Assembly (NCBI GenBank): GCA_012862495.1
Contig: BLSG01000438.1
Coordinates: 16,211 to 67,299 of the forward strand
Source: Thraustochytrium aureum
Lineage: Eukaryota
DNA: 51,089 nucleotides
Direction of reading: 5' to 3'
The notes under the pieces were generated by a model. The model made no database searches. It was given only the letters and a program-made list of their open reading frames with translations, and was not told where the DNA came from. Both the position numbers and the translations under genes were made by a program. This document shows, piece by piece, positions 45,601 through 51,089 of the stretch (the first letter of the stretch is position 1; each line of letters opens with the position of its first letter).

Positions 45601-48600
45601 ATCCTGCCGGTATGGCGCGGTCCTTTCTTTGACGACTGCTCAAAGTCAAACCACTCCTCCGTGAGCACACCATTGGCAACTCGGTCGAGAGGCACGGTGA
45701 CGACGCCGAGCGTGTCGGAAAAGAGCAGGTCCTTGTCCTTGACAGTTACCTTCAGCTCTGCTCCAGGCTTGAGTGGAGCCTTCGCACTGCCAATTGTGAA
45801 TGTCTGGTTCCAAACGGGCTCCAGGGTCTTCTTGCGCACCTTGGACTTGTGCGTCTCGCGGCCCACTTGGAGAACACAGTACGGGTCGGCTTTGCCGTCT
45901 CGGTCCGCAGGCCGAAGCCCTTCGGCCTCGACCACCTTGACCATGAGACGGGTCTTGCGCAACACGTCGTCATCTTTTGGGAGCCCCTTGCTCACACGGA
46001 CTTGCGCGTCGGAAGCAGCCGCGGCGGTGGCGGCCGCGGCGGCTGCGGCGGCAGCGCCTCGGAGCTGGTCTGTTGGCATATCGAGCAAGTGCTCGCAAAA
46101 CTCCCCATAGCGAAGCGGGTCCCCAAAGACGTCCCCGAGCAGGACGAGATCGGCCTCGGAGCTCACCGGAACAGACTTTGAGAGGACCAGCACGCGGTTG
46201 AGACGGTCGCCCAAGGAGATACATCCGGAACCAGACTCGTCAAAGAGCTCAAAGTTGCGCTTGAGGTCTGTCACGAATTCCTCGACGAGCTCGCTGGCAC
46301 TGGATCGCATGTCGTCGCGCGAAGCCAGCGCGCGAGCGACGAGCCTACCCAGCAGGGCACCTAGCGCGGCAGGCGACGGCCTGCGGCTTTTGCCGCGGAG
46401 CGTTGCGTCGTCGTCCGTTCCGTCCGCCAAAAGGGAAACGAGCTCGTCGCACGAGATTTTGCCGTCGCCGTTCCCGTCGAGCATGTCGAGCAGCGCGTCC
46501 ATGTCGGCACTCCGAAGCGCGCTTGTGAGCTTGAAAAAGGCCAGCAGCTCGTTCACCTCGGTTCGATCCAGGATCCCCGAACCGTCCTTGTCGTAAAGCT
46601 GAAAGGCTTTGCGCACCGACGCGGCGCTTTCCCCACGCTCTTTGAGCTGGTCTTGGAGATGGGCCAAGACAGCCTCCGCGGTCATCGCAGACATGTCTTG
46701 CGGGAGGCCGCTGCCTTGCGGCGCGGTGAGCTCAAGGAGGACGCTTCCCTTGGGTTGAAGCGGGACCCACTGAGGGCCGCGCACGCGAAGGCAGTCGGTG
46801 AGGTCCACAACCGCCTTGCCGACCAGCTCGCTGCTGAAGATGTCCTTGTCCATGACCTTGAGCGTGAGCGACGTGCCCGCTCGCATGTCGAGGTCGTCCA
46901 GCTGAAAGGTGGCTTGTTCCGCCGTCCACTTGGGCGAGAGCGTGTTGTGGACAACAGGTGTCTTGAGCTTTTGCGGCTTCCCGCTGTCGCGCGTGAAAGT
47001 CACCACGCAGTATGGGTCGCACTTTCCGCGCCCATAGTCGGTCACTCGAAGATCCTTTGCTTCGAGGATACGCAGCGTCAGGGAACGTCGCACGGGCTCT
47101 GACATTGAGGAAGGCGAGCTTGCTTGTTCAGAACTCGGTTTTACCGGCGAACCTGCGAGGGGCCGTGAAAGTCGGCCTTTACGAGGACGCTCCCGAGCTC
47201 GAGGGGCTCTGCGCTGCCTTTGCCCTTACTCCTTTCGCGAGATTTGCTTTCCTGGCGAACTTCAAACCAGGTCTCTTTTCCGTTCGCCTTGTCGCGGAGG
47301 TCTGCCAGGGTAATAAGCACAGCGCCCAGCGGATCCGAGGTCAGGAAATCGGAGTCAAACAGGTGCAGCTCGATCTGGTCCTCCCAAGTCCACTTGGACC
47401 GCAGCTTGTCGCGTGCGCCGAACGCAAAGGTCTCCTCCCACTCTGGGTCGAGGGTCCTCCGTTTGGTCTTGGTCTTGAACTTTTCGCGCCCAAGCCGAAC
47501 TGAGCAGTATGGGTCGCTGCTACCGTTGCGGTCGGCGCTGCGCAATCCACGCGCGCGCAGCACAGTGAGTGAGAAAGGCGGGATCGTGTCGGCTTTGCCG
47601 ACGGGCCCGTGAGCGCGGCCGTCAGATTCGGCGGCATCTGTCCTTGCGGTTCCGACATCGCTTTCGTCGGTGGGCTTGTCTTGCCCGGAGTTCGGCGACA
47701 TGCTGGAGGCTGTCTTGGAGCGATGCCGAGGGCTCAGGGAACGTAGTGAGAACATGCGACTGCGCTTTTCCTCTCTCTGGTGGTCGGCAGCATCGGTTCC
47801 TGCTTGGTCCTGGCCACGGGTGTCGGCGGATTCGAGCCAGAAAGCGAGCTGGATCTGCGCCTTTTCATCCGCAGCCTTTGTTGCAGAGCCGCGCTTCGAG
47901 CTTGGCGCGGACTTTAGCAGGTCGAACCACACGGGCTCGGCATGCGCTTCGTCGCTCGCAGCTGCAGCGAGCTCGGCCAGCCGCGCGGGGGCGAGCGAAA
48001 AGGTGCCGAGAAGGTCGTCCCCAACAAAGTCGTCATCGAAGACCTTGATGACCATGTCTTGCTCGACCACGACGCCCCTGCTAGAGCGAGTCGGCAGCTT
48101 GAGCGCCTCGTCCCACCTGGGTGCAAGCGACTTGGGAACCACCTTGGTCTTCTTTTTGTGCTTGCCAAGCTCAACGACACAATAGGGGTCAGACTTGCCG
48201 TTCCAGTCGGCGCTGCGGAGCCCTCGCGCAGCGCAGGCCTTTACAATGACAAACTCGGCCGCTTCCCACGCAGCTGCGTTTGCCGTTGCGCCCCCATGCG
48301 CGACGTCGTCCCTGGTCGGTTCAGGGGTAAGCGGCGAGCCTGGCGACTCCAGTGGCGACTCCAGTGGCGACTCGGGCGAGTCTGGGGAGGCGGGGGAGTC
48401 TGCAAGGCTAGAGCGGCTCGCGCGGCGGCCCTCGCCGGCTCGGCCGTTCTTGTCCCGAGGAGCGCCTTCGTCGGGTGAACCGCCTCGTTCCGCTTCATCG
48501 GCAGGCTTGGAGGATCTTGCGGTGGACTTGGCGCTTTCGTCGCCCTCTAGTTCCGAGTCGGATCCTTCCACGGGCTTTCGCGGCGTCGAATCCACCGTGC

Positions 48601-49214
48601 CGTGGCTGCCCTGGTCGTGACCATCTGCGTGGGTTAGTGCGAACGAGACGAAGATCTCGCCGAGCCCCTTCTTGGCTTTGGTGGAAGGCGACTTGGCAAA
48701 TTTGCCCTTGAGGGCTTCGAGGGCGTGGGCGTGCGGGACGAGCGCGATCCACTGCGACAGCTTCATCTCGGGCGCTTCTTTCACCTTTGCCAGGTCAAAC
48801 GTGGCTGCGCCGAGGTCGTCGTTGAAGACGATGTCTTGGTCAAGGACATGCAGCAGGACCTGTTCGGTGCCGACTAAGGGCTTGTTCTTCTTGTGGACTG
48901 TGGGGTCCCAAAAGTGAACTCCTCGTTCCACTTGGGCTTGAGCGTCCGCTTTTGCACCTGTGTGCGCACCTTTCGGCCCGCCACCCTCACTTCGACAAGG
49001 GGTCGCTCGACTTGGCGGACTTGTCTGCGACTTGCAAGTCACGTCCTTCGACAACCTTGAGCTTGAGAAAGAAGCGCTCGGCCTCGGCCTCGCTGTCGCT
49101 GCTCTCGGCCCCATCTCCGGTGGTTTTGCGTGAGCCTTTGACGACCTTCTTGTGCGCTCTTGCCTCTGGCGGTGGCGACCTGGACCGCCCACGCAACGAG
49201 AGACCTCGAAACAT
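42611..49214 (-). CDS. ~2200-aa protein: five C2 domains, multiple EF-hands, RanBP2-type zinc finger, RS/K-rich tail; joined across frameshifts at ~48997, ~48908 and ~47160 and one gap
   Basis: C2 motifs (A.GLRSAD.NG.SDPYC, KT....TL.P.W.E.F, D.D...D.LG) occur five times. EF loops include DKDGSGILDRTE, DGNGDGKISCDE, DKDGDGKVSRAE and DLDGDGKLDYVE. Finger WECRCCRHAN..CGKC; tail RGRSRSRSHKS. Confidence 0.8.
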
Positions 49215-49316
49215 GTCGAGCTGTCTCGCCTTTAGCGTCTCGGCGAGGCAAGGGCCACCTTGGTCCAACAGAACGCCACCGGCTTGCTGGGCCGCTGGCA
49301 GTGCGTCGACGGCGGC

Positions 49317-49387
49317 GCGCGCAGCAGCGTGATCGCGCGCAGCAGCGTGATCGCGCGCAGCAGCGTGATCGCGCGCAGCAGCGTGAT
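49317..49387. repeat. 18-bp tandem repeat GCGCGCAGCAGCGTGATC, at least 4 copies running into a gap
   Basis: Read directly. Confidence 0.9.
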
Positions 49388-49814
49388 NNNNNNNNNNNNN
49401 NNNNNNNNNNNNNNNNNNNNNNNNNNNNNNNNNNNNNNNNNNNNNNNNNNNNNNNNNNNNNNNNNNNNNNNNNNNNNNNNNNNNNNNNNNNNNNNNNNNN
49501 NNNNNNNNNNNNNNNNNNNNNAATGGCCGTTGCACGGCACTATTTGCGGAGACTGTTGCCCTCAAAAAAACAGCCGAGGCCGCCTTTGCTCCTGCACGAC
49601 ACGCGGCAAGCGAGAGGCGCGAAACGCAGGGCGCCGCGGGTCGAGGTTTGAGGAGGAGAGGCGCAGGCGAGCGAGCGGCACAAGAAATACGTTGGTTTGT
49701 CAGAAGAGGATGCAAAACTGGGGCGGGGACGCTGCCGTCGTGCCGCTGCGCTCAGTGCGCGCGACAAGCGAAGGAGGCGTGACCCCGGTTTCGGGATACC
49801 CAACAACTCCACGC

Positions 49815-50102
49815 TTACTCGTCCTTGGACTTGTTGTTGTCTGCGAGAGGCGGATTCGCACGTCAGCCCACTGCAACAGGTGTGAGGGCCAGGCCTCGCG
49901 GAGGCCTTGCGGAGGCCTGTTTCTGCCCTTGCGGGATCGATGCCACGAACTTACGCTTCTTGGCAAACCTAAGGTTGCGCAGGAACTTGGGGTCCATGCC
50001 CTTCTGCGAGCGGAAGCGCTGCTTCATCTTCTTCTTGAGCCCGTTGTTCCGGTGGGCCTTGAAGGCCTGGTTCGAGTTGGTGTGGTTCTTCTGCTTGACC
50101 AT
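49815..50102 (-). CDS. RPL29: 60S ribosomal protein L29 (eL29); exons 50102-49955 and 49840-49815
   Basis: [40 protein letters not shown]. Removing intron 49841-49954 (GTAAGT..CTGAC..CGCAG) restores the conserved AKKHN and gives a 57-aa protein. Confidence 0.93.
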
Positions 50103-50107
50103 CTTGC

Positions 50108-50358
50108 CTACGCGTCACGCGTGTCCTTCAACAGTCTTCGCGCCGCCCCAGTCAGCCAACCGCCCGCCGCGCGCGATCGCCAGCCATCCCGTCATCCAGC
50201 GCGCCACCACCACACCACCACCACCGCAAACACCCCAAAACAGCCACCGGCACCGGCACCGGCAGCGCATCCAGGGCCGCTCCATCCGCGCGTAAAGGCG
50301 CGCACGGGGCCCGCGGCACGCCGCCGCCGCGGCGCCCGCCCGCTCGCCCGACACTTAC
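50108..50358 (-). other. Probable 5'-UTR intron of RPL29
   Basis: GTAAGT donor at 50358, CTGAC branch-like site, TAG acceptor 5 nt before the ATG. Confidence 0.6.
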
Positions 50359-50430
50359 TCGCTCGGCTGCTGCTCCAGTCTGGTCTGCTGCTCTCTTATT
50401 GCTCTCGTCCCTTCGCCACCCAAATACACG

Positions 50431-50460
50431 CCCTAACTCAACCTAACCCGACCTAACCCG
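50431..50460. promoter_or_regulatory. Telomere-like (telo-box-like) CCTAAC triplet upstream of RPL29
   Basis: CCCTAACTCA ACCTAACCCG ACCTAACCCG, 10-bp period. Confidence 0.4.
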
Positions 50461-51089
50461 AATCAGGGTAGGGCCGCTCCGCCGCGTTGTTCTTTTGTTC
50501 GCTCTTTTGTGCGTTGCGTTCCGGCTGGCGTGATCTTGGCTCGCGTGATCGCGCGCTGGAGGGCTTGCATGCGTGGCGCCTGTCTGCGGGGATGGGCGGC
50601 GGCCGCGTGCGCGCGCAGGGCGCCGACGTGCGCGCGATACCGTCGAGCATCGGCGGCTCTTCCGTTGTTGATCGATCGATCGATCGATGAATCAATCAAA
50701 TGCCTGCTTGACATAGGTACTGCCCGAGTCACTTGCAACCACTTGCAAACTTGCGGCACTCGTGGCCTTTCGGCGACGATCGGCCGGGGCGAATGGCTGA
50801 CGATCAGCCGGCGGCCGTGATCGCCGCGAAGCAGGCTGCCTCGAGTCGCTCCGCTGGGAGAGATCGCCAGCGAGCCCATGTCCGTCTGTCTCGTCCCGGC
50901 AAGCTCAGCCAGCTCCTCGCGCCGACCTCCTCAGCATCGACACACGTTGGCCAGCCTTGCCGCCGCTCAGAGCCGGCCAGGATTGCGCGCCAGCCTGATG
51001 ATGGTGCGACGACCAGCTGCTCAACGCGGCGGGCGGCGTGTGAACACTTGTTTGCTCGCTTGCCCGCCCGCGCGCTCACTCGACACTTG

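Noticed and set aside
2550..45632. Long ORF-track entries spanning N runs and many overlapping antisense ORFs
   Set aside because: Artefacts of gaps lacking stop codons and of high GC content; no recognisable motifs.
49317..49387. Short repeat arrays (also 7510-7551 and 34144-34219) as CRISPR-like
   Set aside because: Head-to-tail repeats without unique spacers, no cas genes, and a eukaryotic context.
50108..50358. Possible intronic snoRNA in the RPL29 5'-UTR intron
   Set aside because: Only a partial C box (GGATGA) and a CTGA that doubles as the branch point; no terminal stem or rRNA guide recognised.

Overview
GC-rich, gene-dense eukaryotic DNA with few short GT-AG introns. By inference it is probably a stramenopile such as a thraustochytrid/labyrinthulomycete, and the draft has many N gaps. 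About 18 protein-coding genes can be read, many split by one-base deletions in homopolymers (most likely sequencing error). Housekeeping genes: a double-AAA ATPase, a KEA/TMCO3-type K+/H+ antiporter, ALG14, a PNKP-type 3'-phosphatase, organellar ProRS, TAP42, Yippee, a CaMK-like kinase, AP-5 mu and RPL29. The top candidate for an undescribed system is 23817-27821: an MLKL-like four-helix bundle plus a catalytically dead kinase (HRQ/GFG), fused to ARM repeats and a RING-H2 E3 ligase. Other unusual architectures: a NAA40-like histone acetyltransferase fused to C2H2 fingers and Tudor/SH3-like modules; a ~2200-aa 5xC2/EF-hand/RanBP2-finger/RS-tail protein; a chromoshadow-like protein with no visible chromodomain; an AT-richer propeller-VWA island; a Val-type bZIP; an SGNH hydrolase with altered oxyanion residues; and tandem TM-MORN-DUF900 hydrolase paralogs. 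All domain calls come from motif recognition by eye, not database searches. No rRNA, tRNA, CRISPR array or transposase was recognised.
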